Shown here piece by piece: positions 23,093 through 35,956 of a stretch of DNA of 64,000 nt. Origin of the DNA: Planktothrix sp. GU0601_MAG3 (GTDB lineage: Bacteria > Cyanobacteriota > Cyanobacteriia > Cyanobacteriales > Microcoleaceae); the NCBI GenBank assembly GCA_035193785.1, contig CP136572.1:1504001-1568000 (forward strand). The letters are read 5' to 3'. A program made the translations under genes and the position numbers. Below the pieces are notes generated by a model that was not told the DNA's origin, searched no databases, and was given only the letters and a program-made list of their open reading frames with translations. Each line of letters opens with the position of its first letter. The stretch's first letter is position 1.

Positions 23093-23422
23093 TCAACTTA
23101 AGCCATACAAACTCATAAAAAACAAAAATCCTAGGGCTAAGGCCCCAAAAATCAGGAGATTCTTCTGTTCAGCAGTCAAGGTATTGACCCCTAAACCAAA
23201 GCCTTGATTTTCCTCAAACCCCGAGGGGTTTTCCTGAGAACCAATATTGATAAACTGGCTTGAGGGAGCACCACAAACCGGACAACGCCATTTTTTGGGT
23301 AGATCGGTAAAGGCTGTTCCCACAGGAACCTTAGAACTCCCTTTATTCGGCTCATAGACATAGCCACAAGCCCTACACTCATGACGATCAAGGACTGTAA
23401 CTTCAGTGGCTGGATCACTCAT
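23093..23422 (-). CDS. rubA: Membrane-anchored rubredoxin
   Basis: CRACGYVYEP, WRCPVCG, C-terminal TM helix. Confidence 0.9.
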   Translation of the reverse strand: MSDPATEVTVLDRHECRACGYVYEPNKGSSKVPVGTAFTDLPKKWRCPVCGAPSSQFINIGSQENPSGFEENQGFGLGVNTLTAEQKNLLIFGALALGFLFFMSLYGLS

Positions 23423-23626
23423 AACTTCAACAAGGATGAGTTTGGGATTATTAAAATAACTATTAAATAATATTACAAAATTTGAGCAAATCACCGAAAC
23501 TTTCTGAGTTGGGAAGGCCCATCGAAGTTTAAATTTAATAATCCCCCATCAGATCGAAGATTAAGGGTGGGAGTATGTCAAAATGTAAAAAATCAGTTAC
23601 AAACCTAGAACGGTCAGTAATTTATT

Positions 23627-23989
23627 GTGTTTGTTCTCAGTGGCTACGAATACTTTTTAGGCTTCCTAATCATCAGCAGCCTAGTTCCCATCCTGGCTTT
23701 GACGGCCTCCAAGATCCTAGGGCCAAAAAGTCGTCGGGGTGTCCGTCACACCACATACGAATCAGGAAACGAACCCATTGGAGGGGCATGGATTCAATTC
23801 AACATCCGATACTATATGTTCGCCTTGGTGTTTGTCATTTTTGACGTTGAAACCGTGTTTCTCTACCCTTGGGCCGTTGTCTTCCATAATTTGGGACTCT
23901 TGGCTTTTATTGAAGCCTTAATTTTTATTTCAATTCTTGTCATTGCACTGGTTTACGCCTGGCGTAAAGGTGCATTGGAATGGTCATAG
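23627..23989 (+). CDS. ndhC: NDH-1 subunit 3
   Basis: [10 protein letters not shown]...WRKGALEWS. Confidence 0.95.
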   Translation: MFVLSGYEYFLGFLIISSLVPILALTASKILGPKSRRGVRHTTYESGNEPIGGAWIQFNIRYYMFALVFVIFDVETVFLYPWAVVFHNLGLLAFIEALIFISILVIALVYAWRKGALEWS

Positions 23990-24003
23990 ACAGTGATACA
24001 ACC

Positions 24004-24727
24004 ATGACTCAAAGCGTTTCATCCGACATGGAAAAAATTATTAATCCGGTTGAGCGACCCCAAGTTACTCAGGAAACTCTCGGAAAACTTGATCCTGACC
24101 ACGGTAGATGATCTTTACAACTGGGCAAAGCTCTCTAGCCTATGGCCGCTGTTGTACGGGACAGCCTGTTGTTTTATTGAATTTGCAGGTTTAATTGGTT
24201 CTCGGTTTGACTTTGACCGTTTTGGTCTGGTTCCCCGGTCTAGCCCTCGACAGGCGGATTTACTGATTACCGCAGGTACCATCACCATGAAATACGCCCC
24301 GATTTTGGTGCGTTTGTATGAGCAAATGCCCGAACCTAAGTATGTGATTGCCATGGGGGCTTGTACAGTTACCGGGGGAATGTTTAGTATGGACTCCCCC
24401 ACGGCGGTGCGGGGTGTGGATAAATTAATTCCTGTAGATGTTTATATTCCCGGGTGTCCCCCCCGTCCCGAGGCGATTATTGATGCGGTGATCAAACTGC
24501 GGAAGAAAGTGGCCAATGATTCCCTCCAGGAGCGGGCCAATCTCCAACAAACCCATCGCTATTACACCCGCCCCCACAATCTGAAACCGGTGGAGCCAAT
24601 TTTAACGGGTAAATATTTGGTGACAGAATCCCGTCAGGTTCCGCCCAAACAGTTAACGGTCGCGATGGGTGGGGCAATTCCCCCCGCCTTAGTGGCCGAA
24701 CCAGCCCGGGAGGAAAAACGTGGATAA
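24004..24727 (+). CDS. ndhK: NDH-1 subunit K (frameshift near 24075)
   Basis: [25 protein letters not shown]. Confidence 0.95.
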
Positions 24728-25223
24728 CACCGAAGCTCCCCTGGTTGAAGCGGGAAAAGTCTCCCAGTGGTTGACTGAAAATGGCTTTGAGCATGATTCC
24801 CTTGGCCCTAATGCCATGGGGGTAGAAATTATCAAAGTTGATCGAGACTACTTGATTCCCCTTGCCACTGCCCTGTATGCTTACGGATTTAACTGCCTAC
24901 GGTGTCAATGTGCTTATGATGCTGGCCCCGGGGATGCCCTCGTCAGTGTCTATCATTTAGTTAAGATTGACGATGACGTGGAACAACCGCAGGAAATCTG
25001 CGTCAAAGTCTTCGTCCCACGGGATGACCCAAAAGTCCCGACCGTCTACTGGATATGGAAAGCAGCCGATTTTCAGGAGCGAGAATCCTACGATATGTAT
25101 GGTATCGTCTACGAAGGTCATCCTAATCTAAAACGGATTTTAATGCCTGAAGATTGGATCGGTTGGCCTTTAAGAAAAGATTATATCTCTCCTGATTTCC
25201 ATGAGTTGCAAGATGCCTATTAA
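24720..25223 (+). CDS. ndhJ: NDH-1 subunit J
   Basis: [21 protein letters not shown]. Confidence 0.93.
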   Translation: MDNTEAPLVEAGKVSQWLTENGFEHDSLGPNAMGVEIIKVDRDYLIPLATALYAYGFNCLRCQCAYDAGPGDALVSVYHLVKIDDDVEQPQEICVKVFVPRDDPKVPTVYWIWKAADFQERESYDMYGIVYEGHPNLKRILMPEDWIGWPLRKDYISPDFHELQDAY

Positions 25224-25453
25224 GGGCAAGCTGTAAATCAATCTGGCGATCCAAATTGCCAGATCTCTAGGAAGTCTGATATAGTTGCCTACGATAATGT
25301 AGAATTCATGTCTTGCTCGGACTGGATACACCCTAGTGATTCCGATTAAGGGTTGTAGTTGAAGGTTAAGCGAGGAGTTCTGCCTTAAGTCAAATGGAAT
25401 CAGTCTAGGTTTTCGATGCGTTTCGCAATTCACTCTGGTGGAGGAGTCAAATC

Positions 25454-27080
25454 GTGAGTACACTCAACGGTACAACATTTAATGATATTAATCGCAACGG
25501 CATCTTTGATGCCGGGGACGTGGCACTGCCCAATGTCACTGTCTTTTTAGATACTAATGGCAATGGTTTACCGGAAACCTTAGAACAGGTTCGTACCACT
25601 GACATTAATGGTTTTTATTCGTTTCCTAACCTAGCCGCAGGAAATTTTCTGGTTGGACAAATTGTGCCCCCAGGTTTTACGCGGACAACGCTTGCCACCC
25701 CAGTTACTCTGACTGGAGCCGCTGATGCTGCCACAGTCAACATTGCCAATACGGGAGCCGTTGCTCCTGTGGTTTCCGTCTTTGACCGGCAACATTAATG
25801 GGGCTGTCTTTGTAGATAACAACCTACAGGGTCTCTACAACTACGCCTATGACAATAAAGGCAATCTTGTTGCCTACAACAACAACACCGAAGTCTACGA
25901 CGTTAATGGTAACCTTGTTGTCAATCCCAATGGGTTTTCCTTTGAGGCTCAGGTATACAATCCCTTCGTGGATGCCACGTTACCCAGGGTTCCGGTCTAC
26001 ATTGACCTCAATAACGATGGTTTCCTGAATGCTAACGAACCCAGAACCCTGACCAATGAAGCCGGGTTCTATAACTTTAATGCTTTACCTACTGGCTCCT
26101 ACCTGTTGAGAGTTGCTCAACCTGCTGATAAGGTAGACGGAGCAGCCTCTGTTCTGGGTGATTTACAAACAACCAATAGTCCATTAGTTGTTGATGTCTT
26201 TACCGGCGCAACCACCAACAATGCAGATCTTGGAGTTGTGGTTCCCAATAGTGTTTACGGTAAAGTCGTTAACGACTTGAATGGTAATGGCTTCCCAGAA
26301 CCCAACGAACGTGGAATTGGCGGCATTACCGTCTTTCTCGACTCTAACGGAAATAACGTTTTTGACTTAGCCGAAAAGTCTACGGTCACTGGTGTTGATG
26401 GGGTCTACATTCTCAAAGGCTTAAATACCAGCGTTGGTCAGGAATCTAACGCTACCTTGGCCCAAGACCCCTATCTCGCCTACCAGCTTTTAGTTGATCC
26501 CCTGTCCGTTGCCAAGTCCTTCCCGGTGACTTCAGTTCCCCCAACCACCGCCTACGTTAGAACATCACCGTTGCCCGGAGCCACCATTGATGCTCCTGTG
26601 ATTCCAGGTGGTTCGGCTCAAGCCAACTTCCTGTATACCTTTGCTCAGACACCTACGGCGGTGCTGCGTGATAGCATTACAGGATTTGTTTTCAATGATT
26701 TAAACTCGGATGGGATTGTGCAACCGGGTGAACCCAACAAAGCCGGAGTCCAAGTCTATCTTGACTTCAACAACAACGGCAAACGGGATAATGATACTTC
26801 TTTGGTTGAGCCGGCTTCCATTAGCGATGCGTCCGGTTCCTTTGGCTTCTTTAACCTGACCACCCCGGGCGACTACATTGTACGGACAACAGGGAATTTC
26901 CCGACAACGCCAATTCCTAATGTCATCTTGGGCTCGGGTCAAGCCGCCCAACTGGCTATCGGTGTGTCTAGTGTTCAACCAACCCCGCCTATTAACCCTA
27001 ACGCTTTGATTCCCGTTCCTGGAGTCCAAGTCGTTGCTCAAAACCCTATCTTTCCTACTACCGGGTTCCCAGTAGTTTAA
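25454..27080 (+). CDS. SdrD-B/Cna-B-like repeat protein, probably extracellular and Ca-binding (frameshift near 25780)
   Basis: GGAGGAG RBS; four modules of the type G.vfnD.N.NG..D.gE..l.gv.VfLD.N.NG....E..T.T...G.Y.F. Confidence 0.7.
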
Positions 27081-27307
27081 ATTTGGTGATTGATTCATCA
27101 ATCTATCTATTTAACTGATTTTTCATCCTAGAGAGGCACTAATCCTGAGAATGGGCTAGTTTCTTCCCTGGGATGATATTTTTTGGCAAGGCAAATTCCC
27201 TAGAAAAAAGAACTCTAGGAATTTTGTATCCAGATACTCAGATTTTCTCTACTACTGCTGATTAATTTGAAGTAGGCTACATTAAGTGGAGTTTAACACC
27301 TAATAAT

Positions 27308-28570
27308 TTGTCTCAAGTTTTGACAACCTCAACCTTTCCCGCCCGCACTTTTAAGTTAAACAATGGTTTAACAGTGATTCATCAGCAAATGACCGCCACC
27401 CCGGTTGTGGTTGTGGATGTTTGGGTTAGGGCGGGTGCTATTTACGAGCCGGATATGTGGTCAGGGATGGCGCATTTTTTGGAACACATGATTTTTAAAG
27501 GCACGGATTGGATTGGGCCGGGGATGTTCGATCAAGTGATTGAGAGTTGTGGGGGTGTCGCCAATGCAGCTACCAGCCATGATTATGCCCATTTTTATAT
27601 TACAACCGCCGTTCAGTATTTAGAGGAAACCTTAAACGCCCTGGGGGAGTTGCTGCTCCATGCCACCATTCCCGATGGTGAGTTTAATCGGGAACGGGAT
27701 GTGGTTTTAGAGGAAATTCGTCAAGCTCAAGATGATCCCGATTGGCTGAGTTTCCAGGTTTTAATGGAAACCGTATATGAACGTCATCCCTACGGTCGTT
27801 CTGTTTTGGGAACAGAAGCCAAATTAATGGAGCGAGCGCCCCATGAAATGCGACGGTTCCATCAATGTCGCTACCAACCGGACAATATGGCTGTGGTGAT
27901 GATTGGGGATGTGACGGAACAACAAGCCCTAGATTTGGTAAATCAGGCTTTTGGGAATTTTTTGCCCCCAACCACTTACACCCATCTTTATGAAGTGGTG
28001 CAGCCCCGAATTCGGGGAATTCATCATCGGGAACTGCGTTTACCCTATGTTGAAGAAGCCCGTTTAACCTTAGCTTGGACAGGGCCAGGGGTAGAACAAT
28101 TAAGACAAGCCTATGGACTCGATTTACTCTCCTCGGTGATTGCTTCAGGAAGAACCTCTCGATTAGTCCAAAAACTGCGGGAAAAACTGCAACTTGTCCA
28201 TGATATTTGTAGCGACTTTTCCTTACAACAAGAGTCTAGTTTGTTTACAATTAGTGCTTTATTAGAACCTAAAAATTTAGAGAAAGTAGAAGATTTGATC
28301 TGTGAAGAAATTAATCAGTTAATGAACGAGCCGATTTCAGAATTAGAATTGAGGAGAAGTCAAAGGTTTCTCTGTAATGACTATGCCTTTTCAACGGAGA
28401 CCCCCGGACAATTAGCGGGACTATACGGGTACTATTTTACAGTAGCAGAACCTCAGCTATCGGTAACTTATCCGGCTCAAATTAAATCCTTTGAACCCTT
28501 AGAATTGCAAGCTATTTTGCAGGAAATGCTAAATTTAGAAAATTATGCGGTAATGGTGGTTAAACCCTAG
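27308..28570 (+). CDS. M16-family (pitrilysin-like) zinc peptidase
   Basis: GMAHFLEHMIFKG. Confidence 0.9.
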   Translation: MSQVLTTSTFPARTFKLNNGLTVIHQQMTATPVVVVDVWVRAGAIYEPDMWSGMAHFLEHMIFKGTDWIGPGMFDQVIESCGGVANAATSHDYAHFYITTAVQYLEETLNALGELLLHATIPDGEFNRERDVVLEEIRQAQDDPDWLSFQVLMETVYERHPYGRSVLGTEAKLMERAPHEMRRFHQCRYQPDNMAVVMIGDVTEQQALDLVNQAFGNFLPPTTYTHLYEVVQPRIRGIHHRELRLPYVEEARLTLAWTGPGVEQLRQAYGLDLLSSVIASGRTSRLVQKLREKLQLVHDICSDFSLQQESSLFTISALLEPKNLEKVEDLICEEINQLMNEPISELELRRSQRFLCNDYAFSTETPGQLAGLYGYYFTVAEPQLSVTYPAQIKSFEPLELQAILQEMLNLENYAVMVVKP

Positions 28571-28621
28571 GATTTAAGGATTAATATAAGGATTCTGTTG
28601 ATCCTTAAATCCCGAGCGGGT

Positions 28622-28933
28622 TTACCATTTTAACAAATTAAATTCTTCCATGTCTATAGTATCTCGGTTACGATAAATAGTCAGAACAATTGCTAAACCC
28701 ACAGCCGCTTCCGCCGCCGCTACGGTAATCACAAAAACAGTGAAGACTTGACCCCTAATATTAGCCGAATCCGAAAAGTTAGAAAATGCCATGAGGTTCA
28801 AGTTGACGGCATTTAATAATAATTCAATCGACATCAAAACCCTAACAGCATTACGGCTAGTAATTAACCCATAGATACCGATACAGAAAAGAGCCGCTGC
28901 TATTAATAAAAAATACTCCAGTTGTAATTGCAT
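28622..28933 (-). CDS. ndhE: NDH-1 subunit 4L
   Basis: [13 protein letters not shown]. Confidence 0.95.
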   Translation of the reverse strand: MQLQLEYFLLIAAALFCIGIYGLITSRNAVRVLMSIELLLNAVNLNLMAFSNFSDSANIRGQVFTVFVITVAAAEAAVGLAIVLTIYRNRDTIDMEEFNLLKW

Positions 28934-28973
28934 AACTCTCTATTTTTCTCCGATTTTATTTTAATTCAAAAGT

Positions 28974-29924
<951 letters not shown>

Positions 29925-30027
29925 AATTTCATCCTTATCAGTAATCAGTTATCAGTCATCAGTAATCAGTTATCAGTCATCAGTTCAATCAGTGGGCCAG
30001 ACGTGCCACGGCGCATCTGTACCAGCG

Positions 30028-30624
30028 TTACTCCTGATTCTCTTTTAACTTTTGTTCAATAATGGATTCTGGGCGTAACCCGGGTCTGACAGCCGTTTCC
30101 GGTAAATCATGGGGGTCAATTTCCCCGGCGGGTAAGTAAGCGAACTCCCTCAACGGTGTGACCATGGGATCATTCGTTACCTTATAGGGTAAACGTCCTA
30201 GGGCCACGTTGTCATAATTTAATTCATGCCGGTCATAGGCTGCTAATTCATATTCCTCCGTCATCGAGAGGCAATTAGTGGGGCAGTATTCTACACAGTT
30301 TCCACAGAAAATACAGACTCCAAAATCAATACTGTAGTGTTTAAGCTGTTTTTTCTTGGTTTCCTTGTTATAGTTCCAATCGACAACGGGCAAATTGATC
30401 GGACAAACGCGAACACAAACCTCGCAGGAGATACACTTATCAAATTCAAAATGAATCCGCCCCCGAAACCGTTCAGAAGGAATCAATTTTTCGTAGGGGT
30501 ACTGAACCGTAATGGGGCGACGACGCATATGGTCAAAGGTAACCCCAAGCCCCTGGCCGATATATTTTGCAGATTGAAAGGTTTCCTTCGCGTAATCGGT
30601 AACTTGGTTCAGAAACTTGAGCAT
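30028..30624 (-). CDS. ndhI: NDH-1 subunit I
   Basis: [12 protein letters not shown] and [12 protein letters not shown]. Confidence 0.96.
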   Translation of the reverse strand: MLKFLNQVTDYAKETFQSAKYIGQGLGVTFDHMRRRPITVQYPYEKLIPSERFRGRIHFEFDKCISCEVCVRVCPINLPVVDWNYNKETKKKQLKHYSIDFGVCIFCGNCVEYCPTNCLSMTEEYELAAYDRHELNYDNVALGRLPYKVTNDPMVTPLREFAYLPAGEIDPHDLPETAVRPGLRPESIIEQKLKENQE

Positions 30625-30796
30625 GATGTCTTCCTCTAACAGCTATCAGTAAACAGTAATTAGTTATCAGTAAAGAAAAAAATCAGTTTTAGGTTATCTG
30701 CAATCAGCATTTCAGACTCAGTTGGTAATCGGTAGCTTTCAAGTTAAAATCTTACACTGATTACTGATGACTGATCACTGATAACTGCTACCCGCT

Positions 30797-31915
30797 TTAT
30801 CCCCCAAAAGCCACGGGGAAAGCCAACTTGAGTGCCGCCGTTAATAGCAAATTAACTAAACCAATGGGTAATAGGAATTTCCAGCCCAAATTTAATAGTT
30901 GGTCAATCCGAACCCGAGGTAATGTCCACCGCAGTAGAACCGCCGTAAAGACCAGCAGATAGGCTTTGAGAACCGTCATGGTGATGCCTAACATCGCCAA
31001 AATCACCTGTAACCAGGGTGTGGTTTCACTCAATCCCAAGACCCGGACAACTACATCTACCGGAATTGGGAAATCCCAACCCCCCAAATATAAGACTGCC
31101 ACGATCAAAGCTGACAGTACCAAGTTGACATAGGACGCTAAATAATATAGGGCAAATTTCATCCCCGAATATTCGGTCTGATAACCTGCTACCAGTTCTT
31201 CCTCAGCTTCGGGTAAGTCAAAGGGCAAGCGTTCACACTCTGCCAGGGCTGCAATCCAGAAGATCAGGAAGCCCACGGGTTGACGCCAGATATTCCACCC
31301 GAGAATGCCATAGCCAGACTGCTGATTCACGATATCCAAGGTACTCATACTATTGGAAATCATTACCACGGCCAGCACCGCTAAAGCCAGGGGAATTTCA
31401 TAGCTAATCGATTGGGCGACGGCTCGTAACCCTCCCAATAAGGAATATTTATTATTGGAGGCATAACCGGACATTAATAACCCAATCGGTTGAATACTCG
31501 AAAGGGCAATCCAAAGAAAAATGGCGGTACTTAAATCCGTAATCACCATGTTTTGTCCAAAGGGGACAATCAAATAGGACAGAAACACGGGAATGGACAC
31601 AATAACAGGCCCCAGGGTAAATAACCAGGGGTCTGCATTAAAGGGAATCGTATCTTCTTTGAACAGTAATTTCAAACCATCGGCTAAAGGGGCTAGGATT
31701 CCCATTGGGCCCATATATTCGGGGCCGATTCGTTGTTGTGCGGCGGCGGAAATTTTCCGTTCTAGCCATACCGTTCCTAAAACACCAACGGTGGCAGACA
31801 CAATCATTAATCCCATGGGCAGAGGTAGCCAACACAATTTGGCAATCTCTAAGGATAGGCCCAGACCTGTGAGGCCTTCTACAAAACTTGCTTGTAAGTC
31901 AATTCCTGGGTTCAT
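30797..31915 (-). CDS. ndhA: NDH-1 subunit 1
   Basis: [31 protein letters not shown]. Confidence 0.96.
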   Translation of the reverse strand: MNPGIDLQASFVEGLTGLGLSLEIAKLCWLPLPMGLMIVSATVGVLGTVWLERKISAAAQQRIGPEYMGPMGILAPLADGLKLLFKEDTIPFNADPWLFTLGPVIVSIPVFLSYLIVPFGQNMVITDLSTAIFLWIALSSIQPIGLLMSGYASNNKYSLLGGLRAVAQSISYEIPLALAVLAVVMISNSMSTLDIVNQQSGYGILGWNIWRQPVGFLIFWIAALAECERLPFDLPEAEEELVAGYQTEYSGMKFALYYLASYVNLVLSALIVAVLYLGGWDFPIPVDVVVRVLGLSETTPWLQVILAMLGITMTVLKAYLLVFTAVLLRWTLPRVRIDQLLNLGWKFLLPIGLVNLLLTAALKLAFPVAFGG

Positions 31916-32063
31916 GGAATCAGTAATCAGTAATCAGTCATCAGTCATCAGTGTAGAACTGATCACTAATTTTTTGCCGTAAACCAGTATAGCGTTTGAC
32001 TGCCCTCAAAACTCTAGCGTCTTAGCTGGAAAATTCACCACCGAATGCGACGATAAAAATGCT

Positions 32064-33237
32064 TTACAGGGTTTCTCCCTCTAGGTTAATGGCGCAGTTC
32101 CGTTCATGAATGGGAATATAGGTTTCATCATGGGAACCAGTATAAATTTGAGTCGGACGGAAGATCCGGTTTTTGGTGAGTTGTTCTTTCCAGTGGGCTA
32201 ACCAACCCGAAACCCGGGCGATCGCAAAAATCGGGGTAAATAGATCGGAGGGAATATTTAATTTGCGGTAAACCAGACCGGAATAGAAATCAACGTTAGG
32301 ATAAATGCCTTTTGCTCCTAAACGCTCGGCCACCGCCCGTTCTAATTCCAAGGCAATTTCATAATATTCATCATGGCCAAATTTCTCAAATAGTTTTTCT
32401 GCCAATTCTTGCAAAATGGTAGCCCGGGGATCTTTAACTTTATAAACCCGATGTCCAAATCCCATGATTTTCGATTTGGTGGCAATCAGATGATCCACAT
32501 AGGGGCCAACATTTTCCACCGACCCAATTGCTTCTAACATGGTCAAAACTTCTTCATTTGCCCCGCCATGCAATGGCCCAGCCAAGGTACCGACCGCAGA
32601 AGCCACCACCGCATAGGGATCGGTGAGGGTAGAAGCCGTCACCATGGCCGAGAATGTGGAGGCGTTAATAGTATGTTCCGCGTGCAGGGTGAGACAGATA
32701 TCAAAGACCCAGGAGGCCAAAGGATCGGGTTTCTCGTTCATTCAACATATAGAGAAAGTTGGCGGAATAGTCCAGATCATCCCGGGGTTGTACGGGATCA
32801 TTACCCTTTCGCATCAACTGAAAGGCTGCAACCATGGTGGGAATTTTAGCCAGTAACCGGACAACGGCTTCTCGAATATATTCGGGATTATCTAAAGCCC
32901 GACGGGAATAGAACAGTCCTAAAGCCGCCGCCGAAGTTTGTAGGGCGTCCATGGGATGTCCGGTTTCGGGAAAGCATTTCATCATGTCCCGAATTCGATA
33001 TTTAATCCGTCGATGATAGCGAATTTCATGTTCAAACTCGGCTAATTCGTCTTTGGTGGGGAGTTTTCCCCAGATCAGTAAATAGGAGGTTTCCAGAAAG
33101 CTACTCTGTTTCGCCAGTTGTTCAATACCAATTCCTCGGTACTCTAAAATGCCCTTTTGTCCATCAACGTAACTAATACTGGACAAGGTGGCTGGAACCC
33201 CCTCAAGACCGGGTTTGAACTCACTAACGGTGGTCAT
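32064..33237 (-). CDS. gltA: Citrate synthase (frameshift near 32735)
   Basis: GPLHGGAN, GFGHRVYK, YPNVDFYSG. Confidence 0.95.
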
Positions 33238-33345
33238 AGAAGTTTATGTATGTGTGTGGATATTTATCAAGCTACATTACCAGAGCAATTGATAGTGTTT
33301 TCGTTTTGACAGGATTTTGTTATATCCTTCTGATACCTCGGTGCT

Positions 33346-33840
33346 TTAATTTAACAAAAATTTGGGGGGAGTTAGCCAGAACAGTTGACTATTCCCGACG
33401 GGGTTAGTGGTGGGCAGGGTAATGCCAATAATTCCGGCTTTTTTGACCACTAGGGATGCCTTGGGCTGTCCCCAAATCAATAATTCCGCCCAATATCCTA
33501 AATTGGGTTGATGCCCCACTAGGGCTAGGCTTTTACCCCCGGTTAACTGCCAAGTTTTGTACCAAGAAATCCAATCCTCAATCTTGCCATCGGGAGCTAG
33601 GGGGGCAAATTCCTCTAGGTTAGGGGATAATCCCACGGCCTTGAGGATGTCTGCGGTTTGACGGGCGCGAATTAGGGGACTGGTGAGAATTTGATCAAAT
33701 TGTAGGTTGAGTTGTTTCAGGCGAGTTGCCACTTGGCGGGTTTTGCGATCGCCTTCTTCGGTTAAAGGGCGTTGATCATCATTTTGATAGGTTCCCCGTT
33801 CTGCGGCAATGCCATGACGAATCAAATATAAATTAGTCAT
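33346..33840 (-). CDS. sixA: Phosphohistidine phosphatase
   Basis: LIRHGIA, TSPLIRARQTA, VGHQP. Confidence 0.88.
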   Translation of the reverse strand: MTNLYLIRHGIAAERGTYQNDDQRPLTEEGDRKTRQVATRLKQLNLQFDQILTSPLIRARQTADILKAVGLSPNLEEFAPLAPDGKIEDWISWYKTWQLTGGKSLALVGHQPNLGYWAELLIWGQPKASLVVKKAGIIGITLPTTNPVGNSQLFWLTPPKFLLN

Positions 33841-34065
33841 AAGAAAAAATATATTCCTGTTGATAGCTTTATATACTAAGATTTTAAGGGTTTTATCTTG
33901 AAACCTCTAAAAATTAGTTAGGTTACATTTGTAGTCTTTTTCTTGACTTTTTATTGAAACTATGCGTCTATAATGCTGATCTTCAGGTTAGATCGGTGGA
34001 TATTTTTAGGTGCAGCTTAATCGATCTCAATCCTATAATTCATTTCGGTGTGAAGGAGTAATCTC

Positions 34066-35052
34066 GTGGCTCAGTATAGTCCTATCCTGCGACAACAAAA
34101 AATCGCCCTCTTTGCTCTGGTAGCGGCGACTACCAGTTTTGTGATCGGTGTGATATTACCATTTAATCTGCGTGTTGAACGCGCCAGTAAACAGGGTGTT
34201 GCTGCGGTTTCTTCAAAACCCCAAAGGGCTGTTCCTCAAGGGACTGAAAAAGCTCAAGATACTGCTGCGGTGCAGACAACTCCTCCGGTGGTATCCAGGT
34301 TAGACTTAAATCCGAAAGAGGCAATCTCCCAAGGAGTAGAAAACCTGGAAAAGACCTTAGCACAACTAGAAACTCAACGCTTTAGCTATAGCATTCCTGA
34401 ACAATTCCAAGGGAAAACGATTAAAGAAGTTAGTATTCCTGGGGAACAAAAAGTAATTGCCTTTACCTTTGATGATGGCCCCTGGCCTAAGAGTACCCGA
34501 CAAATTTTAGATATTCTCAAAGAGAATAATATTAAAGGTACTTTCTTTTGGGTGGGTTCTGCTCTGAAAAATCAGAAGGATATTGGCAAGGAAGTTGTTA
34601 ATGAAGGTCATGTTATTGCTAACCATACCTGGAGTCATCGTTACCAAAAATACAGCCCAACCGGAGCCGCGGCTGAAATTGAAAGCAATAATGAATTAAT
34701 AGAAGAATTAACCGGGATTGAAAGTCCGATATTTCGACCACCCGGGGGAGTTTTGGATAATGGTTTAGTGGATTATGTGTTAAAGCAGAATCATGTAAAT
34801 ATCATGTGGTCAGCCGATTCTCAGGACTGGAAAGCTTCATCGGACAAAATTATTGATAATGTTTTAAAACAGGCTAAATCCGGTGGGATTATATTAATGC
34901 ACGATGGCGGCGGAAATCGTTCGGAAACAGTAAAAGCATTACCAACTATTATCAAAAAACTCAAAGAGCAGGGTTATACTTTTGTCACCATTCCTGAATT
35001 ATTAAAACTCGCCGATCAAAAAGCGGTTGAAACCATCTCAACCGACCGATAG
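34066..35052 (+). CDS. Polysaccharide deacetylase (NodB domain), membrane-anchored
   Basis: TFDDGP, NHTWSH, FRPPGG, ILMHDGGG. Confidence 0.9.
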   Translation: MAQYSPILRQQKIALFALVAATTSFVIGVILPFNLRVERASKQGVAAVSSKPQRAVPQGTEKAQDTAAVQTTPPVVSRLDLNPKEAISQGVENLEKTLAQLETQRFSYSIPEQFQGKTIKEVSIPGEQKVIAFTFDDGPWPKSTRQILDILKENNIKGTFFWVGSALKNQKDIGKEVVNEGHVIANHTWSHRYQKYSPTGAAAEIESNNELIEELTGIESPIFRPPGGVLDNGLVDYVLKQNHVNIMWSADSQDWKASSDKIIDNVLKQAKSGGIILMHDGGGNRSETVKALPTIIKKLKEQGYTFVTIPELLKLADQKAVETISTDR

Positions 35053-35142
35053 CAGTCAACCTTAAATCCAGAATTAATCTAAGATTGGTGACAACGGAAA
35101 GTTATAATCAGTTGTCACCAACCTTAGAATATTGTTAGGTTC

Positions 35143-35203
35143 GTAGGGGCGGGTTCATCGAGATTTAGGTGATTAACAAAGATCTCAAGAAACCCACCCC
35201 TAC
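35143..35203. repeat. Solitary REP-like element of the same family as the 37.5-39 kb array
   Basis: GTAGGGGCGGGTT...AACCCACCCCTAC. Confidence 0.75.
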
Positions 35204-35235
35204 AGGTTAATTAGTTAATTTAGGAGTTAAAGATT

Positions 35236-35727
35236 GTGACTATTTCTAATAGTTTAGAAACCAAATTAACAAAAAATGAATCTCAGTTTCAGGATAGTTT
35301 TTCAATTACAATTGCGCCTCTTTTATTAGAGGAAATTTATACTTTAGCCGATGATCAAAGAAATGGGGCTATTGTGGTTATGAGTGGAATGGTGAGAAAT
35401 CAAACCAATGGTCAACCCGTAGAATCCTTAGAATATCAAGCCTATCAACCGATGGCGATAAAGGTATTTGAAAAAATTGCCACAGATATTCGTGCTTCCT
35501 GGTCAGATGTGACTCGTGTGGTGATTCATCATCGCGTTGGACGGTTAAGAATTGGTGAAATTAGTGTTTTAATAGCGGTGGGTTGTCCTCACCGTCGAGA
35601 AGCCTTTGAAGCCTGTCAATATGCGATTGATACCTTAAAGCATACAGCACCAATTTGGAAAAAAGAACATTGGAAAGATGGTTCAAGTAGTTGGGTGAGT
35701 ATTGGGGCTTGTGAAACTAATTGTTAA
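35236..35727 (+). CDS. moaE: Molybdopterin synthase catalytic subunit
   Basis: LEYQAY, HRREAFEAC, APIWKKE. Confidence 0.92.
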   Translation: MTISNSLETKLTKNESQFQDSFSITIAPLLLEEIYTLADDQRNGAIVVMSGMVRNQTNGQPVESLEYQAYQPMAIKVFEKIATDIRASWSDVTRVVIHHRVGRLRIGEISVLIAVGCPHRREAFEACQYAIDTLKHTAPIWKKEHWKDGSSSWVSIGACETNC

Positions 35728-35956
35728 TCTTAATAGCAGGGAATAGGGAACAGGGAACAGGGAATAGGAGGAAAAAGAAAATAGGGAATAGGGAACAGGA
35801 GGGAAAAGAAAATAGGGAATAGGGGATAGAAAAAAGTGATTAGCCATTAGTAAAAGAAGTTATTACAGAAACCCGGTTTCTGGGATTTCTTGGTACAAGC
35901 TGAACCACTTACGGCTATAATTAAATCAGCATTGTCATCTATCCCTAGGCTTAAAC

